Origin: Minutocellus sp. GHC0000111
Lineage: Eukaryota
DNA: 64,000 bases
Direction: 5' to 3'
Assembly: GCA_977018835.1 (NCBI GenBank)
Contig: OZ361258.1
Coordinates: 4,154,001 to 4,218,000 of the forward strand
Part shown: positions 24,286 to 37,426 of the stretch, piece by piece
Layout of the letters: each line of letters begins with the position of its first letter
Numbering within the stretch: the first letter of the stretch is position 1
Position numbers and translations under genes: made by a program
Notes under the pieces: model-generated
What the model was told of the DNA's origin: nothing
What the model saw: only the letters and a program-made list of their open reading frames with translations
The model's database searches: none

Positions 24286-27030
24286 ATGATGGCAGGATCG
24301 CATGGATTCCGCCGCCAGTTCCACAAGGTCGTCGGTGTCGGCAGCCCATCCAATCGCAATGCCGCGGGCAGCACCTCCAGATCTGCCTCGCTCTCGTGTT
24401 CCGCCGCCGACCGTTGTAGATCTGAATGTAGTCGGCGCGCGAGTGCTTCTGCAAATTCAAAACATCATGCGGATCTTCGTCATCGTAGATCCGTATCTTC
24501 TTCCTTCCCTGCATGTGCTCGATTTCCCACTAGTAGCGTCATCGGCGCTGCCAGCTCATTGCGAAATGTGCGGAATGGGGTGCACACGTATTCGTACCAC
24601 CGTTCGTTTGGTACCGGCTCGTCGTCGTGGTTCGATCAGCTGAAAAGGATAATTGCAGGATCGGAATCCAGCAATAAGGAGCAAAATGTCGAGAGTACCG
24701 ATGAGAAGCCGCAAACGTCGGCAGCGAGCAAAGCATCTGCAACCTCCAAGCTGATTGATACGGATACTGCCGATGCTTCCTTGTCATCTGCTGGGGATAA
24801 AACTTCACTTGCCGGGTCGGAAATTGCAGATTCCAACAACAACAACAACAACTCAACCAAAACCACTACCAAGGCCCAAGTGGCTGTATCAACTCTACCC
24901 ACCTGGTCCAAGCACTGGTCGGAGGAGTTTGGAAAACTCTCTCCATCCGATCAAAAGAGCATTCGGCGACGGCAAAAGTTGGAATCCACCCGACGCATTG
25001 TCAAGATCGCCGCCGAACGGGTGCTGGAACCGTCCGCCGTGGCACTTTTGGGGATGTCGGCCTCGTTGGTGATGGGGATTGGTGCCGCCGAGGCCATGTT
25101 GCTCATTGATCCGGCCAATTTGGACCTGACATCGATGGCGAGTGGAATGGACCTATCTATCGATACGGCTGACTCGTCACATGCAGTTGTGACTTATGGC
25201 CCAACCGATGTTGCCGAATTCGTTGCTCGATATTCTTTGGAGCAGCTCCTCCCCTCGACCGTGTGGTCCACCCAGGACGGCAACCTCATCGCCGCCGCCA
25301 TGGGATATGGTGGAGGTGGCGACGCTGCCTTAACCACATCCCTGTTGCGACAGTTAGACCCCAACGTTCCATCCGATGCGTCGACGCTGCTTGCGCTGGG
25401 ATTCTGCCAAACCCTTCGAAGCATGGCGGCGGGTTTCATGTTGCTGACACAACTGGTACGAGCGGGAACAATTGGAGCTCAGGCACCCAGTGTGTACGAA
25501 GAGCGGGTCCGTTCGGGACTGGAGCCGCCAATACTGCTATCGAATGGTGGCATCGGTGGGAGGAAAGGCAGAGGTCGGGACATGACGAATAAAAAAGATC
25601 AGCCTGGGTTGATAGTTCGATTCTGCGGAAGAGAGTCCAACATCATCTCCACATCGATGAGGAGGATGGGCCATCGAGTGTTTCCTGTGTTTGAAGACCC
25701 ATTTACCAAGGTTTCCTATCTCATCTCGCAGCACTCCGAATCACATCGCATACCGGTGTTTTGGTCTGTTCGGCCCGACCGCTATGGATCATCATACTCG
25801 TGGGATGGCTTCCCTGTATCACAGGATTGCTTGGTGCGTACCAGCACTGGTAAAAGCATTCTTCTTTTGGAGGCGGATGCTACCAACGCAAATGATCCGC
25901 TTGCTTTGGGCGATCAGGCATTGGACCTCACCCTCGATGATTCATCCCAAGGATTCCGAAGAATTGAAGAGCTGTATTCCAACAAGCTTGGATCGAAGCG
26001 GTTCCGAACTCTCAAGGTGTATTTGGGCAACACCCTCGAAGTGGAAACTTCTGGCGGAGGTCATTCCTACACTCTCCGCCATCGAGTGAAATATTCCAAG
26101 GAGGTAGATGTGCTCATTGACAGCCGCGCGCCCATTTTGGGTGAGATATTGAAATGGTGCGATCGAGTAACAGCGGGTAAGAAGAGTGTCTCAGCGTCGG
26201 GAAGGAAGATTATCCTCTTTCAAACGTCTAGCCGTCAATATTTCCTAAGCCTTCAGTTGTTGCTGAAAGATTATGGTTACGAGGTTCATGATCCCCTCGA
26301 CTGGCACGTACTGAGTGAACTGTCCACAAATAATGATGAGAGAAATACTGAACCCGATGGCAACGTCAGTGAGACAAAGTCCCGAAGTTTGCTTGGGATT
26401 CTCAATGCAGATCAAGGAAAATTGCCCAATGCTCACTCATTACAGGACGTGTCTAGGCTCACCCGTTTGCCTCGCCTTATTTTTTACGGTAAGACAGCCG
26501 AGACGGTGAATGCAGTCCAGGCATTGGTCGATGCGGGAGGAGTTGATGCAGCAAACTGCTGTGCTCTACTTGACAAGGAAGACGGCACTCGGTTTCTAGA
26601 GTCCAGTCTCGCCAACGACAAAATTGAGCTTATCCAGCGTGGCGAGTCCTTCTTGCGTCCTCATCAGTTGGATGTCGTTGAGGATGATGCCAACCAATCT
26701 TCATCGTCATCTTCTAAGAAGAAAGCCGCTGGATTGCACATTATATGCTCTTCAGCTATCTACGATGATCTCTATCGGCAGGTTCGTCAATGGACCCGCA
26801 TGGGATACTGCGCATCTGACATTCAAGCAGAGCTCGATGGACGTTATCATGCAATACTGCGCCAATCGAAAGCTGTTAGAGAAGTCGTAGCCGAAGCAAC
26901 AGAGATCGTGGAGATCAACAAGAAAAATGAAGGTGCCGAGGTATCCGCAGATCAAACGTTGCCAGCTTCAAACGAAAGTGACACCTTTGGCGAAGACTTG
27001 CCCGTCGAAGAAGAAACAAAAGGTCAATGA
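24286..27030 (+). CDS. Hypothetical protein (914 aa), possible mitochondrial presequence
   Basis: Long ORF with an R/S-rich, acid-poor N-terminus, two hydrophobic segments and a globular C-terminal half; family not recognised. Confidence 0.75.
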   Translation: MMAGSHGFRRQFHKVVGVGSPSNRNAAGSTSRSASLSCSAADRCRSECSRRASASANSKHHADLRHRRSVSSSFPACARFPTSSVIGAASSLRNVRNGVHTYSYHRSFGTGSSSWFDQLKRIIAGSESSNKEQNVESTDEKPQTSAASKASATSKLIDTDTADASLSSAGDKTSLAGSEIADSNNNNNNSTKTTTKAQVAVSTLPTWSKHWSEEFGKLSPSDQKSIRRRQKLESTRRIVKIAAERVLEPSAVALLGMSASLVMGIGAAEAMLLIDPANLDLTSMASGMDLSIDTADSSHAVVTYGPTDVAEFVARYSLEQLLPSTVWSTQDGNLIAAAMGYGGGGDAALTTSLLRQLDPNVPSDASTLLALGFCQTLRSMAAGFMLLTQLVRAGTIGAQAPSVYEERVRSGLEPPILLSNGGIGGRKGRGRDMTNKKDQPGLIVRFCGRESNIISTSMRRMGHRVFPVFEDPFTKVSYLISQHSESHRIPVFWSVRPDRYGSSYSWDGFPVSQDCLVRTSTGKSILLLEADATNANDPLALGDQALDLTLDDSSQGFRRIEELYSNKLGSKRFRTLKVYLGNTLEVETSGGGHSYTLRHRVKYSKEVDVLIDSRAPILGEILKWCDRVTAGKKSVSASGRKIILFQTSSRQYFLSLQLLLKDYGYEVHDPLDWHVLSELSTNNDERNTEPDGNVSETKSRSLLGILNADQGKLPNAHSLQDVSRLTRLPRLIFYGKTAETVNAVQALVDAGGVDAANCCALLDKEDGTRFLESSLANDKIELIQRGESFLRPHQLDVVEDDANQSSSSSSKKKAAGLHIICSSAIYDDLYRQVRQWTRMGYCASDIQAELDGRYHAILRQSKAVREVVAEATEIVEINKKNEGAEVSADQTLPASNESDTFGEDLPVEEETKGQ

Positions 27031-27299
27031 TATTTCGTTGGTCCAAATAGGAAGTTTCGTCGAAGAAATGGAACAGTTATTGGCAGCACAAATGAATGGT
27101 ATTAGCTAATGTAGGTCTATCATCTTGTCTTATTCATCGCTAGAGTAAGCTTGGCACGAGGCCTGGCCATACCGTCTTGCTATCTAGACTAGGTACAATT
27201 TGGGGTGGGGGGGGGGGACGGATTGGTGGGGACGGTTGCAACTCAACTTCAGCAGCTTGTAAGGTAATTCTTGTTCCATTTGCGTCTTTTACGTATCCA

Positions 27300-28150
27300 A
27301 CTACGCAAATGATAATGTGAGCGCTTGAACCAATAAATTGTCTTTATTATTGCTCATGGAGGTCGATGACGTCTATTTTTTAGATTCTGGACAGATTTAG
27401 AGGTTCTAATCTCGCCACATAGGCAAGAAGTACTACACAATTTGCTTTTGTTTCCTGGCAATATCCCTGAGAATGATATGAGTGCTTGGGCCGAGGTTTG
27501 GGCCACATCCTGTCATCCAATTTTCACTTTTCCTGCTCCCGGAGGATGTGGTCGAGAAATTTGGAGGACTTCGGCGAAGCAATGGTATGAAACCTCAGAA
27601 ATTGAGCACAAATCGCAACACAAGAGGCCATCTATAGCTTATGTATGACCCAAATAAGGTTTCTAAAGCTTGAATCGAGGTTTCCTCAGTTACTTGTTAC
27701 GCAAGGGTGCCTTTGTGGCTGGTCGGGGTCGAAAGCGGGAAAATCTGGAAATCTGTGTGAGTCAGAAGGGTTTGAATCTCGCCTCATGTGCCCAATCTAT
27801 CATTGCATTTTCTTCCATTACCTAACTATATATTCAAGCGGTCCTGTGGAGGCTTTGGCCGAACTTTGAGCAATAAGATGATGCCCAAATCGAAGTTTCC
27901 GTGCTCCTGGAGGGTCTGCGGCGCAGATTTTTGACATTCTGGTACGGATGGGAGGGTTCAATTCTCGCCTGTTGGGTGCAATCTTTTACTTTATTTGCTT
28001 TCTTTACCTGGTGACATATATAGAGGATGATATAAGCGCTTGGGCTGAGGTTTGGGGTATGGCTTGGCTCTCAATTCTCACTATTACTGCTCCAGCAGGT
28101 GAGTACAGGGAAAATCTGGAATTCTCTTCGAGGCGTTGGCGTGAGATTCC
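27300..28150. repeat. Degenerate tandem repeat, ~185-bp period
   Basis: AATCTCGCC/ATTCTCGCC recurs near 27408, 27775 and 27961; TGCTCC(C/T/A)G(G/C)AGG near 27534, 27902 and 28088; GCTT(G/T)GGC(C/T)GA near 27484, 27852 and 28037. Confidence 0.6.
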
Positions 28151-29997
28151 TTTAAATGGGAACACAACAGGCAACATAGAACGAGTTCTTCGGATTGTGT
28201 GTTATCCACACATGGTTTGTTGGGCTTGGGCGATGTGTTCCATCACAACTCATCGCGTAAGGGCGCCTATTATGGTTCGTTGAGGCCGATTTTCTCCTCT
28301 GTCCGGCCATCGGGGATTGTTCTTACCAATCAAACGACTGCCAGCAGCCAAGTAAGTCACTTAACCACAGTTACTGCCCATAAACCCAACTAGATATACA
28401 CCCTGACGCGTCTCTATGCGAGTGATATTTCTTTCGCGACTGGTAGTCGATCCATAAAGCTCTAATATTCGTGGATGTCGACTACCATCGAGAAATGCCC
28501 CGAAATGAATGAATTTCCCCATCGATTTTCCCCAATTACTTTCCATACCAGTACGAAGGACCTTTCGTGAGCATAGAGGGCGCTCAGATGCATCAAGGGC
28601 CGTCGATGAATACCCTTCCCATGCAGTAGTTGTAGTTGATTGTTGTTCAGTATCAGTTTTGAGTCTTGGGCTCATTGCTCTGCGAATTCTGGCGTCGACC
28701 TCCGCGAAACATTGCAATACTTGCAAAACCACCAATTGTTGCAGCAACCCCACGAAAGTTTCCATCAATGGGTCACCTTATATCATATGTAGGTGGGAAG
28801 AAGGCACTACTGTAGTGAATGGACGTGCATGGACCCAAACTATCGTCATGATGGTAATTTTACCTTCCAGAAGGACAAAACTCACCCTCCAAAAATTACG
28901 AAATGACATACTTTCGCCAAACTTTCGACCCAATTGCCAAAAGAATGCTATCGGACCTCATCGTAGATGCATACCGTCCTATTGGAAGCCTCGTTATCTT
29001 CAATTTGGCGTAGATAGGCATGCCTGTTATGGAAATGACATTGTGGTGGAGAAGTTGGGGAGAATCTGGAGGTTTTGGTTTTACTTGTCATTGTGTGAGA
29101 GTGCAATAGGTTGCCAACACAAATTGCACAACCCACACATGCACTTCCATTCTCTAGTATATACTTTGGCAGGATTGACCGAGAAATCATTGTCTATCTG
29201 GTGACTTCCAACAACTATAGCACATCATCTCATTGTGGCGCATGTCCAATCATCAAGAAAATTACTGCAGATCGGCAGAAGCCCCACGAAAGAAGCCCCT
29301 ACTGACGCTGAAACCGCGGGAGAAGCACATCGCCCGCTCACATGACATCAAGTTGTATAGATACTCCAATAGGATTTTTTCGAGCAATCGAGCCAGATCG
29401 ACTTTGAGGAATGTATTGTCGACAAAATTTGATTGTAGCTTTTTGGGAGGATGGCGGCGTTTTGCGACTTTTGTGCACCCGAACGGAATAACACCGCCAT
29501 ACTACCGCACCGAAGATGTATCCAACGTGCCTGTCAAACCATCAAATGTTGATAATCTCCCATCAAGTCGATGTCGTCGTTACTTTTCTTTGCGATTGTA
29601 GCCGTCGTTGAGGTCGAGGTTGGCATATGACAAGGCGCCGAAAGTCGATTTTCGCAAGCTTCAGGAGTGAGAGGCTTAGAAGAAAGTTTCATGAACCAAT
29701 ACTCATGTGTGGAGAAGAGATTATGAGGCGGTAGTGGTGTTTGCATGCCATCTTGGCGGTCTGACTTCTGGGCAAATCATGGTGTTGGCGGGATGGGGGT
29801 GGGAAAAGTAGGAGAAAATGGCACAGACGCCGTACCTAGGTAGGCCTAGGCTACACGTACATGTAGGCCTATGTAGGCCTAGGCGGCGACTGCTCATCGG
29901 TCTGGCCGGCGCCTATTCGTCATTTGCCCCGGGGGGGCCGGGGAATGAAACGGGGGGACAAGTGCGTGTACACCCATTTTTGCAAGCGTCAGGAACC

Positions 29998-31392
29998 ATG
30001 AGGAACGTCAAGACGAAGAGCGGTCTCTCTGCGGCGGCCTTGTCCCTCCTTGCACTGGACGTCTCGCTTATGGAATGCACTGCTTTCATACCAAATGCGG
30101 CGCCGAACACATTAGCAGCTCTTCACCTTCACCAAAACAAGCACCAACTAACTCGACGCGTTGTACTGTCGTCGTCACCATCGTCAGACAACAGCCAACA
30201 AGACGACGGTCGTACGAATGTCGATGCCATGCGATCCCTCCTCGAATCGTCGTGGAATGTTGGAACGATGGGGGAGGTGCCGACGTCGCCCGAGTCGGCC
30301 GCCGAGGCTGCCTCGCAGTCCATCACGGCTTCCCTCGAGGCTCAGCCCAACAAACGACTATTGCAGGTTGACATCCGCTTGCCTTCTTTTGACATCAGGC
30401 AGGGCCCCATTTTCGATGACATTCAATCCGTGGAGTTCTGCTGCCAGTTGGCAGAGAATTTGAGACGCAATAGCAATGGAAGTATCGGGAAAGCGCTGAT
30501 ATTGGTCCGAGATGGGAGTGCTGTGAGATCAGCGGCTAGAATTCTGGATGTAAAGGAAAGGAAACGACAGAACGAAGAGAGTATGTTGAATGAAGACACA
30601 ATTGATCGTGCGGATGACGTACCAGTGGATGAAGATGGCGAAGAAGATAGTACCGACGATGAAAGTGGTGGTGACGACATCGATGCCTTCCGCAAACAGT
30701 TGAGTCTCACCTGGGGCGACGATGAGGAAAAGGAGTCTAGTAGCGAAGAATCAGAGATTGACCCATCCGAGGCGGCGGCTGCGGCCAACAAAGCTCGGCG
30801 AGGTCGAGAGCAGCTAAAGCCATCGGTCAACTTCAACCCCGAGGCAACGAAAGATGGCCGATCATATCGATTGGCCAGCTGGTTTGCGGATGAAACAATT
30901 TCCACTGGGGCAGACATGTTTACCGATGCAATCGAGGCAGTGGACACACACGGTACTATGTTGACTACGGAGGATGTGCTCCTTCTATTATCTCCCGTCT
31001 CAAGGGAAGATACTGTGGCGGTGAGACGGCTCATTTCTCGGTATGGAAATACCAAAACAATTGTCCTTGTCAACTCGGCTCTCAATCCAGAGCCCAAGGA
31101 AGCATTTCTTTCGATACCGGCATACTCGATCACTCCTCTAATAGCAAAGCCAATGCAAAACGAAAGCAACTTCATGAGCCAGAAAGAGAATGCGCAAGAG
31201 GAATCGCCTACAAAAATCATTGTCATGCGCCGTTTCCCCGACGATTGGCAGTGCTACATCGATATTGATGGAAGCGGTTTTGAGTTGGTGGATTCTGCCC
31301 CTGCCAATACTGTTGGGAAGCTTGGCCCGGCCAATGATTGGATTGCAGCATGCGTCAAACGACACATGGCCTTCAAATTTGGCCAATACTAA
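29998..31392 (+). CDS. Plastid-targeted DUF1995/LPA3-like protein
   Basis: Signal peptide ending CTA-FIP. RLLQVDIRLP, IVLVNSAL and MRRFPDDWQ match the DUF1995 pattern. ATG 29998 is preferred over 29818. Confidence 0.7.
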   Translation: MRNVKTKSGLSAAALSLLALDVSLMECTAFIPNAAPNTLAALHLHQNKHQLTRRVVLSSSPSSDNSQQDDGRTNVDAMRSLLESSWNVGTMGEVPTSPESAAEAASQSITASLEAQPNKRLLQVDIRLPSFDIRQGPIFDDIQSVEFCCQLAENLRRNSNGSIGKALILVRDGSAVRSAARILDVKERKRQNEESMLNEDTIDRADDVPVDEDGEEDSTDDESGGDDIDAFRKQLSLTWGDDEEKESSSEESEIDPSEAAAAANKARRGREQLKPSVNFNPEATKDGRSYRLASWFADETISTGADMFTDAIEAVDTHGTMLTTEDVLLLLSPVSREDTVAVRRLISRYGNTKTIVLVNSALNPEPKEAFLSIPAYSITPLIAKPMQNESNFMSQKENAQEESPTKIIVMRRFPDDWQCYIDIDGSGFELVDSAPANTVGKLGPANDWIAACVKRHMAFKFGQY

Positions 31393-31645
31393 GTCACGTC
31401 AACACCTTTAGGTGTATGCATAATTAGTTAGTCCATTAGATCATTGCGCAATAAAAATTAATGCGATTGTATTTACTTGGCCTTCCCAACCAATGCAGTT
31501 TTCCCGATGAAACCTAATGCCAGTAACGACAAACGTAGCACCAACCCCCTATTCTGCTTCTCTTCATCGAGCAGCATCATTTCGTGCTTATCAGCGGCGG
31601 TAGTTGCTCTAGACGACTCAATCCTACTTGAATCATTGGCCCTTT

Positions 31646-34600
31646 TCAACGCTGCCGATCGTCCTGGCGAAAGAAAGTAAAAAGAGAGAGGCGTTCGATC
31701 GCAAAGCAACCCACCAAGTCAAGAGCAAATAACAGCAAAAAAGTCACCTGCACCTTTTGGCTTGGAAATGGCGCAAGTTGCAACATCTTGTTGATATCGG
31801 GAAATGTCTCGGATACGCAGGCAATGGCAAAAAGTAGCGATGCCATTATTGACAAAGTAAGCTTGCGGTTTTCCAAGATCTTGCCGTAGTAGGGAGCGCC
31901 CATGTGATTCACAAACGAAATGACGGCATTCTGAAAAATAGAGAGAAGAAAGACGGCATTCGTAACCTGATTTGGGCGGAACTTTGGTCGGCCCAGTATC
32001 CCAGTTCCGGCTTCACTGTCTTCTGAACCTGAAAGCTGAAGGGCGTCGGCCACACCAGCGCCTGCCCATCTGATACGGATGCTTCTCGCCTTGCTACTTT
32101 CTGTGGCGTCTTCGAGCCTCCGACCAAATTCTGCGCCGGTGTATAGAATCGACAAATGGACAAAGGCCTGGCCCAAGATAGAAAGGGTACCAGCGCTCGT
32201 GAAAATGGACGCTTCGGGCCGGATGGTGGCAATCTTTGGCCTCAAGGTACATGCCGACTCATACGCAAATTGATCGACCGCTGAAATGAGCGTCGATTCT
32301 ACATTCCACATGTACTTGCCATATCTGAAACCATCGCGATAGAGGGTGGATAGATTAAAACATGACATGAGAGCATTCAGTGCGATTGAGCGATGGATCG
32401 TAAGGCTACAAGCAGCGGCAGCGATTCCAGCTCGCACAATGGCATCGGTACCATCGATTGATGGTCGAAGCAATGTGCATGCCGCTGCAAGACATGCCTC
32501 GCCCGGCTTCAGTTCTTCCTGTTCACTTTAGTCGCTTTTGTCCAGCAAAACTGCTTCGGCATCGTTCGCTTTTTCTGAGAGAGAGCTTCGTAGCTTTACT
32601 TCTCTGGCTAGAATCCTAGCAGCTTCACCTCCGCCTTTCTTTAGGGCAGATTTTCGAAGTCTCTCCTCCTTAAAGATATCCCGAAGATCACCGACCAACC
32701 CGGAAAAGGAAGAGGTTACTTTGAATTGCTCGACTGCCGCATTGATTTTCGCCTGAAGTCGTTGCTTAGTCAAGGTTGCAGAATCCGCGTTGTGAAGATT
32801 AAGGCTCGAAGATGACGCGCCTCTCTGTAATTTCTTTTTCTCTTTCAAGACTCGTTGGAGTCGGCGCTTGTCCTCCGTATCAACAGAGCTGCTGACTTCA
32901 CTCCCAAAACCATTAAGCAATGCCGCGCTCACATCAGCCAACTTCATGGCGTTGACGTCGTTAGTACCGTCGCCAGTCATCATGACAGTCATCATGACAG
33001 TCTTGGATTTCTTCAGACACCGAACGACGTTCTCCTTTGTCGACGGCGATGCACGAGCAATCACAGCCACATCAGACAATTTAGTTTTGATGAAAGAGGA
33101 AGTGCTATCGAGACTGTCACTTGATAACACCATATCAATGGCTTCTCCTGAGCATGCGACAAAACGATCTCCGCGGCTCGCGTCATTGAAAATTCGCGCC
33201 GTAGTGGAAAGTGACGCCTTCAAAATATCGTGTTTGATCTGACGCTTGTGAGAACTTTCCCTGGAGATCTTCCATGTCAATCGGGAATCATCACAAGAGC
33301 GATCGATATCAAGAATTGCGATATTTGCAGATCGCTTGGTTCGACTGCTGCTTTTCTTGCCTCTTTTCTTTTTCGGATTAATGCCCCTGATGATTCCAGC
33401 CTGCTCGGCAATGCTCACAGCGGCGTCAACCCCGTCACCGGTAAGCATCATGGTACGAATGCCCGCGCCTTGTAGCTGATCAATGACGCGTGGTGTCGAG
33501 GGTCGTAGGCCGGCGGAGAAGTAAGCAATGCCAATGAAGTCAAGAGTACCACCTTCTATGTCATCACGATGGATATGTTTCAGCGCCTTTGCTTGGACTC
33601 GTCTTATTGTTGCTTCAGTCTCTGCCCCGACCTTACCGGATCGCTCTTTCGACGCAGATAAAGAAGCAAATCCATTTGGAAAGATCTTCCTGAAGATTGC
33701 ATTGTCAGGATGTACTTCTTTCGCAGCAAGGGTAATTAGGCGAGCTCCCCGAGAGCTCAATGTCTCAACTTTAACATCATACCAGCTCTGATCTGCTGCA
33801 TCATCGCTCAGTTTCGACCTCATTGCATCTGGCGCGCCCTTCACTGTTTTCAGTAGGCGAAATCTACCACTTGCGTCCAACACAAGAAGCAATGCCGATG
33901 AACAGCGACGAGTCGCATCAAAGGGAAACGTCTTGAGCTGCCACATCTGCACAGGGTATTCGTCCTTCGAAGATTTCGTTGGGGCATAGGCCGTCTTATT
34001 TTGCCCACCATGATATTTCCAACCAGCATGTTCCAGACACGCAAGATCGACGGGATCGCCAATTACCCGCTCGGAAACACTATCTTCAGCAGCGGTGTCT
34101 TCGATTGTTTCCAGGCTGTGACACCCGGCAAGAACTGCATCGATAAATCCTGAATGTGCACTTTGCCGTCCCGGTGGTGTGATGATTTCTTTTAAAGACT
34201 GCGTTTCAGCAGTTATGGTGCCCGTCTTGTCGAGCACGACCATATCAACATGGGCCGAAGTCAAGAGAGACCCTGGCTCCGAACATACGACCTCGTCCTC
34301 CTTCCGAAGATTTTCTGTGCAGGCCGCGGCGATTGAAGAAATAGCCAGTGGTATATCCGATGGAATCGAAGCCATTAAAATTCGCGTCATTTGAATAACA
34401 GTGCGGAACGGCGACGTGGATTTGGACTTCGCCTGACCTGGAAGGGGCACGAATAAACTGGCACACGAAATCAAGGCAAAGTCGGACAGTGCTGCAATCA
34501 ACTTCAATGCGTCGCTCTCCGTGTCGGCATTTGATATTTGTCCATAATGCCCGGCACTCTTGGACAGAGTCCGCACTATTTCTCCCTCCGACGAGTACGA

Positions 34601-36576
34601 ACCTGTGCGAAGAACCAAACATTTGACTGCGTTGATTCCAGCTGGGAACGGCGTTTCATCATGATCGGATGCAACTGCACCATCACAGTGCAGCAGCGTT
34701 GTCCCAGCAAATAGCACTGATCCACGATGTTCCCCATCCATATCAAAACCCATGGTTACATCTTGGTCGTCATCAACAATGTCCAGAGGCCTCTTCACCT
34801 GCGGAACGCTCTCTCCAGTGAGGACAGCCTCATTAGTTACACACCCTCCATTCAAAATTAACGAATCGACAGGCACATGAAGCGTCTGCCCTGGCCCAGC
34901 GCCTTGTAGATAAATTACATCCCCCGGCAGGAGCTCGGATGCCGCCAGCTCCTGCCACTGAGTGTCAGTAGCGCTCTTGGTGCCTCCTTCGCCCGGTCGT
35001 AGAACATGCACCTTGGTCTCGGCAACTTGTTCGGCGTTTGCCCTGACTTCAGCAGCCAATTCCTTCGATGCCACGATCTCCGTCGCGCGGCAATGAAGTG
35101 ATGTCCCAACGTCATGGCCAATCTCGCGAGACTTGAAAGAACATGATCCTCCAGGATGGACAGCAAACGCCCGAGCAGCTGTAGTACCGCCAACGGAGAA
35201 CATATACGCGCCCCAAATGCCAGTTGAATGGTTGGCTGAGGAAGAACAAATGTATTGTACTTGGCATATCTCGCTTTTGCAACTTCCAGTGCCATGGTAT
35301 CTGACAAGCCTCCCTTTGCGTGCTCATTTAGTAGCTGATGAACCGTGCAATCGACATGTAGCCTTGGGCCGCCATCAGTACATACACCGGTATCGGGATC
35401 GAAATAGATTCGCCGCTGAGAGTGTTCAAAGTAATACCGCCTTCGAATCTTTCCACCATTGCCGTTTCCATTGCCCATAGTAGCATCGGGCTCGTCGCAA
35501 GAATGCAACCAGTAAATGGTGTGGTGCTGCTTATCCCGAGTTGCTAATCTTTCCGCTTCGGGCAAGCGAACGAAAACACCCACCCCAGTGTTGGGATCTG
35601 ACGCATCATTGGCCCCATTACCGGGACGAGACAACAGATTGCTTCGGTAGAACGGATCGTCTTGGTCATTATTCATTTCTCCATTCTCCAGATATTGTCG
35701 TATCTTTAGAGAATCTTTATTCCCACCAACAGCAACTCTGTCTGCCAAAAGATCAACATCGACCCTCCAATAATTCAATAACACATCAAACGCCACAATC
35801 CACCGTGGGAGCAATATGGTCAAACCAATGTTAAGCAGAAAAGCCAGGAAGCATCCCAGCAACGGCCCACTCGCCGGCAAATGTTTGGGAGGCAAAATGT
35901 CCCGCTTGGACTGGGCAATTTTGCGAGCCAAAAAGTGATCGAGGGGCAGCAGTTTGGGCAGGGCATCATTGACGCTTGCGACATTGTCGCCACGCTCAGC
36001 AGAATTTGTAATCATGGCAAGAATGTTGGCCCAGCTCCATGGATTATCCTTCAGTGGATATCTCCCCAGTGTCGCTCGGACGGCATTCTCGTAGGGCAAA
36101 CCCGCCGCGCACAACGATGCCGATAAAATCGTGGCCGACAGGAGGCGAATTAGTTGTGGAATAGAGACGGAACGGGGCAGCAAAACGGACGTTACCGTTG
36201 GAAGCGTCGGGTCGCCCCAAGTGCTGGCTGGCGACATGCCAGAAGCGGAGGACGTCACATTATCGGCACTTGCATCTGTTGTGTCGGTTTTGCTGCTGAT
36301 TCTTCCACGATTTTGACGAGATCTTTTCTTCTTCCGACGTCTTGCTTTTGCTGCTTGCAACGTTTCCGCAGCCACCCGCCGCTGACCGCCGCCTCTTGGC
36401 AACTCCAATGCTGGCACACCGCGATGCGATAGAGCGAGGACGGATGCAGCATCTGTTGCTGATGCTACGGCACTTCCGATGCCGGTGCCGCTTGAGAGTT
36501 GGCATGAGAGGAGCACGACGAGGAGGACCGTCGCAAAGGAGCGAACGGGGGAATTGCGCACATGACAGCGCTTCAT
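31646..36576 (-). pseudogene. P5-type (ATP13A/Spf1-like) P-type ATPase, disrupted
   Basis: Motifs LTGESVP, DKTGT, KGAPD, MLTGD, GDGTND. Apparent 1-nt frameshift near 35078 (HHFIAARR / IVASKEL). In-frame TAA at 32530-32528, followed by in-frame KPGEACLAAACT. 12-bp duplication giving TVMM-TVMM. Confidence 0.8.
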
Positions 36577-37426
36577 TTTAATTCTTGTGCTGCCCCTCTC
36601 TACGCACAAATAACGAAAGAATACGCGCTTGGGCCGGAAGTCAGTCGTCATCGGAGGGCAACCTCGTGAAGAATGAGCAAGGGATTGAGCGACGAGATGC
36701 CGATGACTCGTGAAGGCTAAAGGACGGTCGTTCGGTTGACGGACAGAGCAACGGGGAGGGGGATGACTCACAGCACCATCTGCCAGCCGGATGACTCGCA
36801 TACTTTTGGTCGCACTCTCGGTGGCCGGCCGGCGCGCGAAGCAACCGACCGGCGCGCCCAACGCGAGCCACCATGGCGGCAAAAATTCAAATTGCCGCCG
36901 CTACGTGCAGAACGAAGGCGATATCTCGCGCTGGTGTGGGAGAATTACGGCACGAGACCAACCAGGTGCTCCCGACATCCTGGTGATATTCCCGTTGGTC
37001 TCGATCCATAATTCTCCATGAGCAAAAAAACAACGGCCGCAATCCCGCGGTCAACACCGCAGACAGAATTGCGGTGCAGGACGCCCTGGCTGAACTGCTC
37101 GTCCGTCTTCGCAGAAAGGAACTTCATTACTACAATTTCATCGGCAACAACAACGACTCCTTGATGAATGTGTTGGGATGCAGTCCCATCATGTACGGCG
37201 CCGTCATGTGCACTGCGGGCATCTTGGGTTTTTGAAGAAGAAGAAACACGAAGACTGCGACATGTGTTTTTTTGTGAGGACAGACAACCAGAATGGATGG
37301 GATGAAATGGTATCAAGACACTGCCTTGCCGACGACGTTCAGTGAACCCCATACAAAAAGAGCATATTTGTTCGCCTCGGTTCTATCAATCCTCGTGCAG
37401 CCGACGCTCTCCATGATGATGGATGG

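Noticed and set aside
28361..29601. Short ORFs in the gene-free block
   Set aside because: No recognisable motifs or consistent gene structure.
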